Positions 1 through 9,249 are shown, counted from the first letter of the stretch. The stretch is DNA of 15,609 nt from Promethearchaeota archaeon (GCA_048939245.1 JBHLPR010000052.1:1-15609), one strand, 5' to 3'. Program-made: numbers and translations. The notes: generated by a model not told the origin, from the letters alone.

Positions 1-799
1 TCGCAATCCCCCACGACCAATCATCATCAACTTTAGTAGGGCATTTTTCGACGCACTGCAAACAACCCGTGCATTTATCCCAATCCACATAAGTCGCCTT
101 TTTATTAAGCGTCAGCAGCCAATCCTTTCCCGTATGTTCAGCGGCTATTAAATCCGTATACGGGTACAACTCAATATTCGGATGGGTCGCTGCCTCAGCC
201 ATCTTGGGACCTAAAATACAAATCGAACAATCAAGAGTTGGATACGTTTTATTGAGGACAGCCATGTGTCCGCCGATGGTGGGTTCTTTGTCTACGAGGT
301 GGACCTTGATACCACGATCAGCAAGATCTAAAGCTGCTTGGATGCCAGCGATACCAGCTCCTAGGACGAGCACTTCTTGGGTGACCGGGAAGGTTTTGGT
401 GGCGATGGGGCTTTGCGTGGCGGTTCGGAAGACGGCGGCGCGTATGAGGCGTTTGGCTTTCGCGGTTGCACCATTGGGGTCGTCTTGGTGGACCCAGGCG
501 CAGTGTTCGCGTATGTTGGCAAAGGTGATTTGGCCGCGTGTCATGCTAGCTTTTTCGGCGGCGTGGTAGAAGCGAGGGCCGAAGAGATGGGGGCTGCAGG
601 CGGCGATGACAAGGCGGTCGAGTTTCTCTTTGGTGATGGTTTCTGTGAGACTTTGGAGAGGTTCGTGTTGACACCAGTCGTTTCGGGTTTCGACATGTTT
701 CACTTTGGGTAGGGTTTCGGTGAAGGTTGTGAGGGCTTCGAAGTCGAGGGTGTTGCTGATTGTGTCACCGCAGTTACAGAGGAGGACGCCGATTTTCAT
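1..799 (-). CDS. hdrA: Heterodisulfide reductase subunit A-like flavoprotein/Fe-S protein, N-terminal part (runs off the left edge)
   Basis: Manual translation of the minus strand from ATG at 799 stays open to the window edge: MKIGVLLCNCGDTIS...RLVIAACSP...ANIREHCAWVH...VLVLGAGIAGIQAALDLAD (FAD-binding GxGxxG)...IGGHMAVLNKTYPTLDCSICILGPKM...CTGCLQCVEKCP (ferredoxin motif). These are hallmark HdrA motifs. The gene is not in the supplied ORF track. Confidence 0.95.
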   Translation of the reverse strand, partial: MKIGVLLCNCGDTISNTLDFEALTTFTETLPKVKHVETRNDWCQHEPLQSLTETITKEKLDRLVIAACSPHLFGPRFYHAAEKASMTRGQITFANIREHCAWVHQDDPNGATAKAKRLIRAAVFRTATQSPIATKTFPVTQEVLVLGAGIAGIQAALDLADRGIKVHLVDKEPTIGGHMAVLNKTYPTLDCSICILGPKMAEAATHPNIELYPYTDLIAAEHTGKDWLLTLNKKATYVDWDKCTGCLQCVEKCPTKVDDDWSWGIA

Positions 800-846
800 C
801 GTGTGGCACCTGAACTAGAGAGGGTAGGATAGCGGTTGTTGAAGGC

Positions 847-900
847 ACATATATATTCATCACTCATACGATAGTTTCTTCTGCAGCCATTCAGGAGGAG
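847..900. promoter_or_regulatory. Divergent intergenic region: ATATATAT TATA-like element and AGGAGG ribosome-binding site for the 909 ORF
   Basis: CATATATATTC at ~848-858 lies between the divergent hdrA and MBL genes. AGGAGGAG at 893-900 lies 8 nt before ATG 909. Confidence 0.4.
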
Positions 901-908
901 TAGCTTGT

Positions 909-1709
909 ATGATTGAAATTGACTCATTTGACAATAAGGTCACGTGTATTAAGACCGCGTCGCCCCTGGGTGAGCAGGCGATTATGTGGGTGTACGCGTA
1001 TCAGGTAGAAGATGTGATCTTTGATGCAGGTTGTTGGAATGCTGTTGAAGAGCTGCGGACCTTTGCTCGAAAGCAGCCAGTGAAGCGAGTGTTTGTGACG
1101 CATAAGCATGAAGACCATTATGGTGGAACAGCAGCTTTCCTTCCAGATGCAGAAGTATTTGCTGGACCTGTAACGTTGGAGGCGTTGCGTGAGCCATATC
1201 CGTTGCCCGAGTTTTTTCAGTTTGTATGGGGGCTTCCGGAGCCGGTAGCAGAAGGACAGGATTTGACGGACACCTCAATTTTGGTGGGTGATTATTCCTT
1301 TGAGGTGGTGGATTTGTCTGGACATTGTGAGGAGATGATAGGATTTTGGGAACCGGAGCTGCGATGGTTTTTTTCTGCGGATGCAATTCCCCTACCATCA
1401 CGGAAACAGATGGCAATGCCTGAAGAGAATATCCCAATGATGATTAGTCGGATGCAAGAGATTCAGGATCGAAATGTTGAGGTTCTGTTTGATGGTCATC
1501 GAGGTCCCATTAGTGAGCCGCGAGACCATATTGAGAAACGCATCCGTTTTCTTACAGAGTTGCGAAGACAGGTTCAGGAATTGGTGGCAGAGGGGAAGAC
1601 CATTTCTGAAATAAAGGCAGTTTTGGGTTTTCCTGAACCGTGGTATCTTCCTAATACAGAAGGTCGTTTTGCGATTGAGCATCTAATTCGGTCTTTGGCT
1701 GAAGATTAA
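909..1709 (+). CDS. Metallo-beta-lactamase fold hydrolase
   Basis: Motifs IFDAG, THKHEDH (HxHxDH), SGH, FSAD and DGH; good ribosome-binding site upstream. Confidence 0.9.
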   Translation: MIEIDSFDNKVTCIKTASPLGEQAIMWVYAYQVEDVIFDAGCWNAVEELRTFARKQPVKRVFVTHKHEDHYGGTAAFLPDAEVFAGPVTLEALREPYPLPEFFQFVWGLPEPVAEGQDLTDTSILVGDYSFEVVDLSGHCEEMIGFWEPELRWFFSADAIPLPSRKQMAMPEENIPMMISRMQEIQDRNVEVLFDGHRGPISEPRDHIEKRIRFLTELRRQVQELVAEGKTISEIKAVLGFPEPWYLPNTEGRFAIEHLIRSLAED

Positions 1710-1915
1710 GCGCTGGTTAAGCATTTGAGCGAAAACGGTGTGCAATTGTTGGTTTTGCATTCTTTAAGGTTATGAATTCTATAATCTTGTGAAGAAAAGA
1801 TTTAATGGCAAATACAGGGGCGTTTTCTTGAGGGGCATTAAACGACACGAACATTGACAGAAGACCCATCTGTTAATGATTGGTAATTTGCTTCCGGAGA
1901 AAGGTGTCAAGCCAG

Positions 1916-4150
1916 ATGTCCGTACAAAAGAAGTCGCCTCAGGCAGGCTCCAAAGAAAAGACGACAAATCGGTTTGAACGTCTTGTGGAAGCATCCGGCG
2001 CATTGATAATCGGAGTAGACCGGAAGGGACAAATCACACTCTTTAACAGACGTTGTGAAGAGGTTTCAGGATATAAACGGGAAAAAGTACTTGGAAAAGG
2101 CGTTATTCCCTTGTTAATCGCAAAAGAGGAACGAAAGGAAGTTCGTCAGCGATTCAAGAAATTATTAAATGGAAATCTACCAAGTAGCCCTCTCAAAGTA
2201 CATTGGATTGATAAACGGAGAGGCCGTCATCTTATTCAATGGAATAACACCTTCCTTACAGACATAGAGGGTCATGTTTCAGAGATTTTAGGAATTGGTA
2301 TTGATTTAACTGAACAACAACAGACAGAGGAAAGTCTTGAAATCATTCAGCAAGAACATCTACTTGTTTTAGAAACAGTAAGTGATGTTGTCCTTATTCT
2401 CGATTCAGATTTTCGCGTGGTAAGCGTATCAAATGCTGTTGAACCCCTTTTAGGATATAAACCAAAGGAATTAGTTGGGAAGTCCTTTCCTGAAATTGGT
2501 GTCTTAACCCCAGACTCATTAGAACGTGCTGTTGAGAATGCACGGCGGGTTCTGAGAGGTGAAAAGACGCCATTTTCCATTTACGAGTTCATCAGAAAAG
2601 ATGGCAGACACAAATTCGGTGAAATTCGAAGTGCCCCGATTGTGCGGAATGGCAAGATGGTGGGGATTATCACTATTGCCAGAGATGTTACTCAACGCGT
2701 TTTAACAGAAGCGGCTTTGAAAGAATCAGAGAAAAAATATCGAGCGCTGGTTGAGCAATCCCTAGAAGGTATTGTAATAATTCAGGATAACAAAATCGTG
2801 TTTGCAAATTCAGTGATTACTAAACTGAGCGGATATTCGCATGATGAAGTTCTTAATCTTAGTACCGAGGAGATGTGGAATGCTATTCATCCTGAGGATC
2901 GTCAGCAAGTTATGGAACGGTTACAAAATCGTATGAGTGGAAAAGTGGTACCAAAACGGTATCAGGTGCGCGTCTTTCGGAAAGATGGAACATTCTATTG
3001 GGCAGAACTGTCTGTGGATTTAATTGAATTTAGTGGAAAACCAGCAATCCAGGCAACCTACATCGATATAACTGATCGAAAGAAAGTCGAAGAAAGATAT
3101 CGAAGTTTGGTTGAGAGTGTCCCGGTTGGATTATTCCGTACAACACCTGATGGACGAATATTGGATGCTAATCCGGCTTTGGCTGAAATGTTAGGTTTTG
3201 ATAACAAGGAGGCTCTAATCCAACGGAAAGCCTCAGAATTTTATGTTGATCCTAGAGCGCGTAAAAAATGGGAAGAATTAGTGAGAAAAGAAGAAGTTGT
3301 TCGGGCGTTTGAAGCACATTTTCGGAGTATTGATGGAGAATTACTATGGATTGAATTGAACGCACGTGCAATCCGTGATGCAAATGGTGAAGTCTATTGT
3401 TATGAGGGGACAATAGAAGATATCACCGAACGCAAAGAAGCGGAACTCAAATTATCGACTGCCCATCAACGGGCAGAATTTCTTGTAGATCTCATGGCTC
3501 ACGATTTGAATAACATCAATCAAGGAATCATGTTGTCCTTGGAACTGATTGCAAGTGATGAACAATTGCCAAAACACCTACGGGAAGGGTTACAATCGTT
3601 AGTTAGTCAAGTCGAACGAAGCGCTGATCTCATCTCCAACGTTAAACGCTTCCAATCCCTCGAATCCGAACCCCGTCGTCTTTCTACACGAGACCTCGCC
3701 CCTCCGTTTCATGCAGCGGTACGCGCGGTCGAACGGGCCTTCCCAAACAAGCAGGTGTTTCTTTCTACAAACATCGAGGACCAAACCTATTGGGTGAAAG
3801 GGGATGGATTTCTCACCGAATTATTCTTTAACATTTTACATAATGCTGTGAAAATGGACCGTAATCCACTTGTAAAAATCGAGGTTCAAGCCAGTAATGT
3901 CCAAGCTAATGAATTTGTAAAAATTGAAGTACAGGATCAAGGACCGGGGGTTCCTGATTCAGAGAAGAAAAAAATTTTCAACCGCTTCCCGAAGGCAATG
4001 GAAAAGGTTCGAGGCTCAGGCATTGGCCTGACGCTGGTTCAACGAATCCTCCAACGTTATGGTGGTCAGATTAAAGTCAAAGACCGTATCTCTGGGGATC
4101 ATTCACAGGGCGCTAATTTTGTGCTGCTCATACCAAGGGGGGATCGATGA
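1916..4150 (+). CDS. Cytoplasmic multi-PAS (4 PAS/PAC) sensor histidine kinase
   Basis: Four PAS/PAC repeats ending in DLTEQ, DVTQR, DITDRK and DITERK. H-box MAHDLNNINQ, N-box LFFNILHNAVK, G1 DQGPGV, F-box IFNRF, G2 GSGIGL. No transmembrane segment. ATG 1916 is preferred as start over TTG 1880, but the start is uncertain. Confidence 0.93.
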   Translation: MSVQKKSPQAGSKEKTTNRFERLVEASGALIIGVDRKGQITLFNRRCEEVSGYKREKVLGKGVIPLLIAKEERKEVRQRFKKLLNGNLPSSPLKVHWIDKRRGRHLIQWNNTFLTDIEGHVSEILGIGIDLTEQQQTEESLEIIQQEHLLVLETVSDVVLILDSDFRVVSVSNAVEPLLGYKPKELVGKSFPEIGVLTPDSLERAVENARRVLRGEKTPFSIYEFIRKDGRHKFGEIRSAPIVRNGKMVGIITIARDVTQRVLTEAALKESEKKYRALVEQSLEGIVIIQDNKIVFANSVITKLSGYSHDEVLNLSTEEMWNAIHPEDRQQVMERLQNRMSGKVVPKRYQVRVFRKDGTFYWAELSVDLIEFSGKPAIQATYIDITDRKKVEERYRSLVESVPVGLFRTTPDGRILDANPALAEMLGFDNKEALIQRKASEFYVDPRARKKWEELVRKEEVVRAFEAHFRSIDGELLWIELNARAIRDANGEVYCYEGTIEDITERKEAELKLSTAHQRAEFLVDLMAHDLNNINQGIMLSLELIASDEQLPKHLREGLQSLVSQVERSADLISNVKRFQSLESEPRRLSTRDLAPPFHAAVRAVERAFPNKQVFLSTNIEDQTYWVKGDGFLTELFFNILHNAVKMDRNPLVKIEVQASNVQANEFVKIEVQDQGPGVPDSEKKKIFNRFPKAMEKVRGSGIGLTLVQRILQRYGGQIKVKDRISGDHSQGANFVLLIPRGDR

Positions 4151-4515
4151 TAGTTTCAATCTTCATTGTGGACGACGACGAAAATCTTCATCGGGTCTAT
4201 CGATCCCTATTTTCAATGAAGGGATTCGATGTAGTTGGTAGCGCCTTTGATGGAGCCGAAGCGGTGAAACTCTTTGATACCTTGAACCCGCGACCTGACA
4301 TTCTGCTCATGGATTATCGGATGCCCATCAAAGATGGTGTCTCTGCAACCAGAGAAATTCGAACCATTGACCCAGCAAGTAAAATCATCTTTTTGAGCGC
4401 AGACGAAACAGCTCGTGAGCAGGCCATGAAGGCAGGGGCTACATCATTCCTGATTAAACCCGTTCGCTTTGCTCAACTTCTTCAAGCTATTACAAAAGTA
4501 TTGGACAACCACTAA
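4147..4515 (+). CDS. Stand-alone (CheY-like) response regulator receiver
   Basis: Motifs IVDDD, DILLMDYRMPIKDG (phospho-Asp), FLSA and FLIKP. ATGA overlap with the kinase stop codon. No output domain. Confidence 0.93.
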   Translation: MIVSIFIVDDDENLHRVYRSLFSMKGFDVVGSAFDGAEAVKLFDTLNPRPDILLMDYRMPIKDGVSATREIRTIDPASKIIFLSADETAREQAMKAGATSFLIKPVRFAQLLQAITKVLDNH

Positions 4516-4556
4516 ACATCTTTGTAATCTCGTATTTTCTGAAAGAGGGCAAGTCG

Positions 4557-6233
4557 CTAAATCGTTTTTTCGACATCTTTGGATTTATGTTTCCTAAACT
4601 GGTAAGATATACTGGTTGGATGATAGGAAAGATGATTTTCATCATAAATCCGCTCAGCAATTGCACCATAAGACAGCCCTTGTTCTCTTAATTCAATGAT
4701 TTTCTGAATAATTTCCTTGGAAACAGGTTTTCGTCGTGAATCAGATCGTGCTTCAAGAACACCAAGCAGTTTTTCTGCTTTGGATTGACGTCCAACAGCG
4801 AATTGAAAAGAGGGCAGTCTACAAGCTCGTTTTATACTTTCTTGTTCTTCGATGGCAACTTTGAATGATTCTTTGTAGTATCTTGAATTGATACCAAATG
4901 CAGCTAGAAGGTTAACCGTGAAATCTCCATTTACTCCACAGGCAATTCCCATATATTGGCTTTTAATACTAACAAAGCCATCACTATCATTCAGTCCTTG
5001 CAGGAACTTCAAACGAACACTGCGGGGAGTGCTTAGTAACCAGTTAGCTTTGATAGGATTATAAGTGGTTAGTTCTTCACTTTTAAGTCCAAGAATACTT
5101 TGCATCATCCAAGTCGTTATTGGAGTTCTTTCAGTAACCCATTGAAAAGCATATTTGGGATGAGCGGATTGTCTTGTTGTTATTCCAATTTTGCCTAGTG
5201 CATAGCAAACACCTTCACCCATTTCTTTACTCCAAGAATATCTCGTTGATAATCTGAGTTTGATGTCTGTCGATTGAAGACTGCTCTGTTTAGCTGCATC
5301 GCCTACTAACACACCAAGGATATACGCAACAGCATCACTTTGATTCATTTCTCCAAATTTTTTTTCCCAAAAAACCATTTGGTTGGTTTCAATCGATTTG
5401 AGTTGACTGACAACATTCATAACCTGTTGCCAATCAGTCACGTTATTAGGTACTCTGATGAAATCTGTTGGGTTGAAACTATCTTTAGTGATTCTTTTTG
5501 GAATCCATCTCATTCCCTTTCCAGGAAATTCAGAAGGCACATGCCTTGCAAGCTGTAAAAGATCAGGTCTCTTCGCTCCTTTAAACAAGTGACCGACAGT
5601 ACTCCTATGGATTTCAAGTAATTTTGCTACATCCTCAAATAAACCTCCTTCTTTTAACATTTCAAGAGCTCGAAAATATTTTTCAACTTGCGTTAATCGA
5701 TTTTGATGAGTAGTTGCTTTTGAAAGCCCGTCATAGGGATAATAAGTTCTTAGTCGTGCTTCAACATCTCTTAAAGACCGAAGCCCACTATTCTCTGATT
5801 TCAATTCAGCTAGTCTGTTTTTCGCTTCTGTTTTGCTAACCGATTGCTCAATATACCAATATAGTCGTGGTCTTTTGCCATCCTTCACCAAACCAGTTAC
5901 GAATTGCCGATTTGCACTGTAGGTTTTATGGTTGTTAATTTGCCATATAATTAGAATGATTTCTCTTCGTTGAATTGTAGCCTTGTCTTCAAATTTTTTT
6001 ATCACGTCAAGATGTAATTCTGCGTCACTAATTAATTCAAAGAACTTCGGGTTTCGTTTTAGCCCTGGATATTCGGAATCGATTAGAGTATGTAACCCTT
6101 GTTTCGTTTTAATGGTATGGTGGCTAACCTGTGGTTTCCACAATCGAATTGATGCTTCATCCCAAGATGAAAATTGTTCGTCTTCTGATGATTTTTCATC
6201 GTCTTCATTATATTCTCGTGTTTCAAATAACAT
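4557..6233 (-). CDS. Free-standing LAGLIDADG-family endonuclease-like protein with flanking helix-turn-helix motifs
   Basis: 558-aa ORF with two LAGLIDADG-like motifs (AYILGVLVGDA; KFLQGLNDSDGFV). HTH-like segments FEDVAKLLEIHRSTVGHLFKG (central) and LREQGLSYGAIAERIY...TSISY (C-terminal). Visibly AT-richer than metVF. Confidence 0.72.
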   Translation of the reverse strand: MLFETREYNEDDEKSSEDEQFSSWDEASIRLWKPQVSHHTIKTKQGLHTLIDSEYPGLKRNPKFFELISDAELHLDVIKKFEDKATIQRREIILIIWQINNHKTYSANRQFVTGLVKDGKRPRLYWYIEQSVSKTEAKNRLAELKSENSGLRSLRDVEARLRTYYPYDGLSKATTHQNRLTQVEKYFRALEMLKEGGLFEDVAKLLEIHRSTVGHLFKGAKRPDLLQLARHVPSEFPGKGMRWIPKRITKDSFNPTDFIRVPNNVTDWQQVMNVVSQLKSIETNQMVFWEKKFGEMNQSDAVAYILGVLVGDAAKQSSLQSTDIKLRLSTRYSWSKEMGEGVCYALGKIGITTRQSAHPKYAFQWVTERTPITTWMMQSILGLKSEELTTYNPIKANWLLSTPRSVRLKFLQGLNDSDGFVSIKSQYMGIACGVNGDFTVNLLAAFGINSRYYKESFKVAIEEQESIKRACRLPSFQFAVGRQSKAEKLLGVLEARSDSRRKPVSKEIIQKIIELREQGLSYGAIAERIYDENHLSYHPTSISYQFRKHKSKDVEKTI

Positions 6234-6454
6234 GGAATCCCTTAGGATGTGGTTGTGATGACGCGGATTTTGGTTATTTTATATACGTTACTGTTTTCAC
6301 TAAGGACCTGTTAAAACTCATCAATCTACCTTCCTATAATGCAAAAGCTATCGAAAGAACTTTGATTTCTCGAATCTTATTTTGAAGAAGAAAAAGTCGT
6401 ATAAACGGCAAGGCTATACCGTTTTGCTCAATTACTAGACTTTGGTGACGTTTA

Positions 6455-7111
6455 TTGATAATCCCCAAGCAAATGCCACTCGAAAAGATACTAAAGACTG
6501 TTGAAGGAATCGAAAATTTACTTATTGTTGGTTGTGATGGATGTTCAGGCATTTACATGGTTGGCGGGGAAAAACAGACTGAGACGCTGGCTAAGATGAT
6601 TCAGATGTACCGTCAAGTGAACAATGAGCCTGGTGAAGTGCGTCATACTATCGTGTTGCGTCAGTGTGATCGGCAATTGGTCGCAACAACGCTTCGCCCG
6701 CAACTCGAAAATGTCGATGCCATGATTTCTCTCGCGTGTGGAGTTGGTCCACAGACTCTTATTGATGTCTTCCCAGATATGAAAGTCTTTACTGCTGTAG
6801 ACACGTATGGCATGGGGGGAAAGGATCGGGAATTAGGTCATTTCTTTGAATATTGTAGTGGATGCGGTGATTGCCTGCTCAATGAAACGGGTGGTATTTG
6901 CCCGATGACCCGTTGCCCCAAATCCTTGGTAAACGGTCCATGTGGAGGAATGCTTGACGGCAAATGTGAGGTCGGAGACTACAAGAATGACTGCGCGTGG
7001 TATCTGATTTATGAACGACTCAAGAAACTGGGACGATTAGATTTGTTCCGGAAGTATCGGGAACCGCGTGATTGGCGGGTCTCTCAATCTCCACGCAAAT
7101 TGGAAATCTAG
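6455..7111 (+). CDS. metV: Methylenetetrahydrofolate reductase small Fe-S subunit (MetV / MTHFR C-terminal-like domain protein)
   Basis: TTG start, MIIPKQ.PLE; motifs VGCDGC, LRQCD, SLACGVG, CSGCGDCLLNETGGICPMTRCPKSLVNGPCGG...CEV...CAW. Directly upstream of metF. Confidence 0.92.
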   Translation: MIIPKQMPLEKILKTVEGIENLLIVGCDGCSGIYMVGGEKQTETLAKMIQMYRQVNNEPGEVRHTIVLRQCDRQLVATTLRPQLENVDAMISLACGVGPQTLIDVFPDMKVFTAVDTYGMGGKDRELGHFFEYCSGCGDCLLNETGGICPMTRCPKSLVNGPCGGMLDGKCEVGDYKNDCAWYLIYERLKKLGRLDLFRKYREPRDWRVSQSPRKLEI

Positions 7112-7129
7112 CAGACGGTGAGAAGAACA

Positions 7130-8059
7130 ATGACAAAACATGAAGCATACAGTAAACTCATGGAACAGCTCCATGCAGGTAAATTTGTGTATACAGGCGA
7201 ACTTGAACCCGAAAAAATCGGTGATATGGAAGAGGTCATTGAAGGCGCCAAGAAATTAGTGGGTCATGTCGTCGCTGCGAACGTGACGGACATCCCCCAA
7301 AGCTTTGCTTACATGAACTCATTGGGTCCCTCCTATATGATTCAGGAAAAAGCCGGACTGGAAGCGGTCTGTCAGATGACCTGCCGCGACCGAAACCGAC
7401 TCGCGATGTTCGCAGACCTCCTTGCTGCTGGAGCCCTAGGTATTGTTAATATTCTTGCATTAACCGGCGATCACCCCAGCTTAGGCGATCAACCCGAAGC
7501 CAAACCCGTCTTTGACCTCGATTCAGCCAGCCTTACCCACCTGATTCGAAAAATTACCGATGAAGGTGTTGACCTCAATGGCCATGAAATCCATAATCCG
7601 CCCAAATTCCATGTGGGCGTTGCCATCAATCCAGGCGCAAAACCACTAGAACCCGAAATCCTGAAACTAGAGCGAAAAGAATCTGTGGGAGCCGAATTTG
7701 CACAGACGCAGGTGGTCTTTGAAATCGAAAAGGCTAAGGAATTCATGAAAGCCATCAAACACGTCAAAGTTCCCACTCTCGTCGGCATCTTCCCTCTAAA
7801 GAGCTATAAGATAGGTAAGTGGATGGACGATTTTGTACCCGGCGTGACAATTCCACCTGATCTTCTTCAGCAATTAAAGGAACTAGGATCAATTGAAGAC
7901 AAGCCGAAGCGTAAACAAAAGATCGCTGAAATGAATATCGAGTATTTTGGTGAAGTCATCAAAGAGCTTCGGAAAACAACTCAAGCAGCTGGATGTCATA
8001 TTATGGCTGTCAAATGGGAGGAACTAATTCCGCCTCTCATCGAGGTTGCTGGTAAGTAG
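7130..8059 (+). CDS. metF: 5,10-methylenetetrahydrofolate reductase catalytic subunit
   Basis: Motifs ANVTD, QMTCRDRNRLA, LALTGDHP, GAEFAQTQ and GCHIM. ATG 7130 follows a GGTGAG ribosome-binding site (the ORF track starts at GTG 7118). Confidence 0.93.
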   Translation: MTKHEAYSKLMEQLHAGKFVYTGELEPEKIGDMEEVIEGAKKLVGHVVAANVTDIPQSFAYMNSLGPSYMIQEKAGLEAVCQMTCRDRNRLAMFADLLAAGALGIVNILALTGDHPSLGDQPEAKPVFDLDSASLTHLIRKITDEGVDLNGHEIHNPPKFHVGVAINPGAKPLEPEILKLERKESVGAEFAQTQVVFEIEKAKEFMKAIKHVKVPTLVGIFPLKSYKIGKWMDDFVPGVTIPPDLLQQLKELGSIEDKPKRKQKIAEMNIEYFGEVIKELRKTTQAAGCHIMAVKWEELIPPLIEVAGK

Positions 8060-8061
8060 CC

Positions 8062-8262
8062 CTAATCAACCGAAACCTCATCTGTATTAGCTACATACGT
8101 AGCAAGCCATCCCGCCCACGTCTGCATCGGTTGTCCCATGCCGTTGTTCCTCGCTTGGAGAATGCGACAGGCTGCAGCAGCTGGACGCCCTTTCGTCAAT
8201 TCTTCATAACCATCAGTGATGGGGAGGAATACGACGATGGAATAGCAATCTTTTTCCTTCAC
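8062..8262 (-). CDS. Possible small hypothetical protein or gene remnant (66 aa)
   Basis: The ORF fills the gap between metF and the paralog cassette and stops 2 nt from the metF stop. No family recognised. Confidence 0.25.
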   Translation of the reverse strand: MKEKDCYSIVVFLPITDGYEELTKGRPAAAACRILQARNNGMGQPMQTWAGWLATYVANTDEVSVD

Positions 8263-8290
8263 GAAATATTCTTAGGTATAGGGATGGCTA

Positions 8291-8752
8291 ATGGCTCCTG
8301 ATTTGATTACTGATATGTTTGATGATGCTGTAAGAAGATATGTAAAATTAAGAACTTTACGAGTCTATCCTCTCTCTGGAGATCAAACAGACCCCTTAGA
8401 GGAAGGACAAAACTACTGGCTTGTCATTCCCCTTAAAAGTGATGGACCTGATGATGATTTCTTAATTAAACGTATTCAGGTACGGGTTGTGGGAAACCCA
8501 AACCAAATCGATTTTTACTCCGATGGTACTTGTTCAGAGATATTACCTCGAGATGATCGTGGAAAGCCTCGTGTTCACTTATCATTTCCTATTGAGGATG
8601 TGCCATGGATTGAAAAACAAGTTTATTACTCGCCAGTAAGGGCCTATTTGAAAGCGAATAGGACCATTGCACAAAGTGATCTTGAATTCAACATTGGTGT
8701 TTATGCCTACTTTGTACCACGGGGAGGGTATTGGTTCACTGAAAATCCATAA
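8291..8752 (+). CDS. Hypothetical protein, paralog 1 of a tandem triplet
   Basis: 153 aa; shares RxxGxPxxxxFY...RDxxGxPRxxL and LxFxIGxYAxxxPxGxxW with the next two ORFs. Confidence 0.85.
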   Translation: MAPDLITDMFDDAVRRYVKLRTLRVYPLSGDQTDPLEEGQNYWLVIPLKSDGPDDDFLIKRIQVRVVGNPNQIDFYSDGTCSEILPRDDRGKPRVHLSFPIEDVPWIEKQVYYSPVRAYLKANRTIAQSDLEFNIGVYAYFVPRGGYWFTENP

Positions 8753-8772
8753 AGGTTAGAACGTGAAAGAAG

Positions 8773-9249
8773 ATGTCAAAGATTGAGGAACTATTGAAAA
8801 ACGCAGTAAAAGACTATGTTAAGCTGTTCACTTTTCAACTGCTCCCAGATCCACCAGGAGGTATGCTTCAACGTAACCAGGACTATAGGTTAATAATCGC
8901 TGTTCAAAATATTGGATCTGAAAGTTTTTTGCTTGAATGGGTTCAGGCCCGGATTCAAGGCGAACCCGACCAAGTGGAATTCTACTCTGATGCTAATCGC
9001 AATGAGATACTATCTCGTGATTGGCAGGGAAGACCTCGAATCCATCTCATGTATCAGAAATTCAATCCGTGGACTGGGGTTGGTCCTTTGCCCATATACC
9101 CTGACGAAATAATGACTTTTCCAACCGTCCATTTTAAAATGCTAAGATCTTTACAAAAAGAATTGCTTAAATTCAATATTGGAATCTATGCTGAAATGAT
9201 TCCAGAAGGACATAATTGGGTTAAGGCACATTGGGAAGGAGGAGTTTGA
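8773..9249 (+). CDS. Hypothetical protein, paralog 2 of a tandem triplet
   Basis: 158 aa; same two motifs; starts 20 nt after paralog 1. Confidence 0.85.
   Translation: MSKIEELLKNAVKDYVKLFTFQLLPDPPGGMLQRNQDYRLIIAVQNIGSESFLLEWVQARIQGEPDQVEFYSDANRNEILSRDWQGRPRIHLMYQKFNPWTGVGPLPIYPDEIMTFPTVHFKMLRSLQKELLKFNIGIYAEMIPEGHNWVKAHWEGGV

Noticed and set aside
200-250. Possible selenocysteine in the HdrA DCxxC motif
   Set aside because: The codons read GAT TGT TCG ATT TGT (DCSIC), and there is no in-frame TGA in the visible part of the gene.
575-600. Possible frameshift at the G-run in hdrA
   Set aside because: The run has five G, and the frame continues ACSPHLFGPRF into NIREHCAWVH.
204-712. Plus-strand ORFs 204-569 and 377-712
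   Set aside because: They are antisense shadows of hdrA, which occupies the minus strand with clear motifs.
4557-6233. Intein or intron-encoded ORF
   Set aside because: No Hint splicing motifs (such as a terminal His-Asn) and no interrupted host or RNA gene were seen on either side.
8088-8105. GCTAC-ATAC-GTAGC hairpin after metF, and a weak hairpin plus T-run at ~9724-9837
   Set aside because: The stems are too short to distinguish from chance. They may be terminators but cannot be supported.
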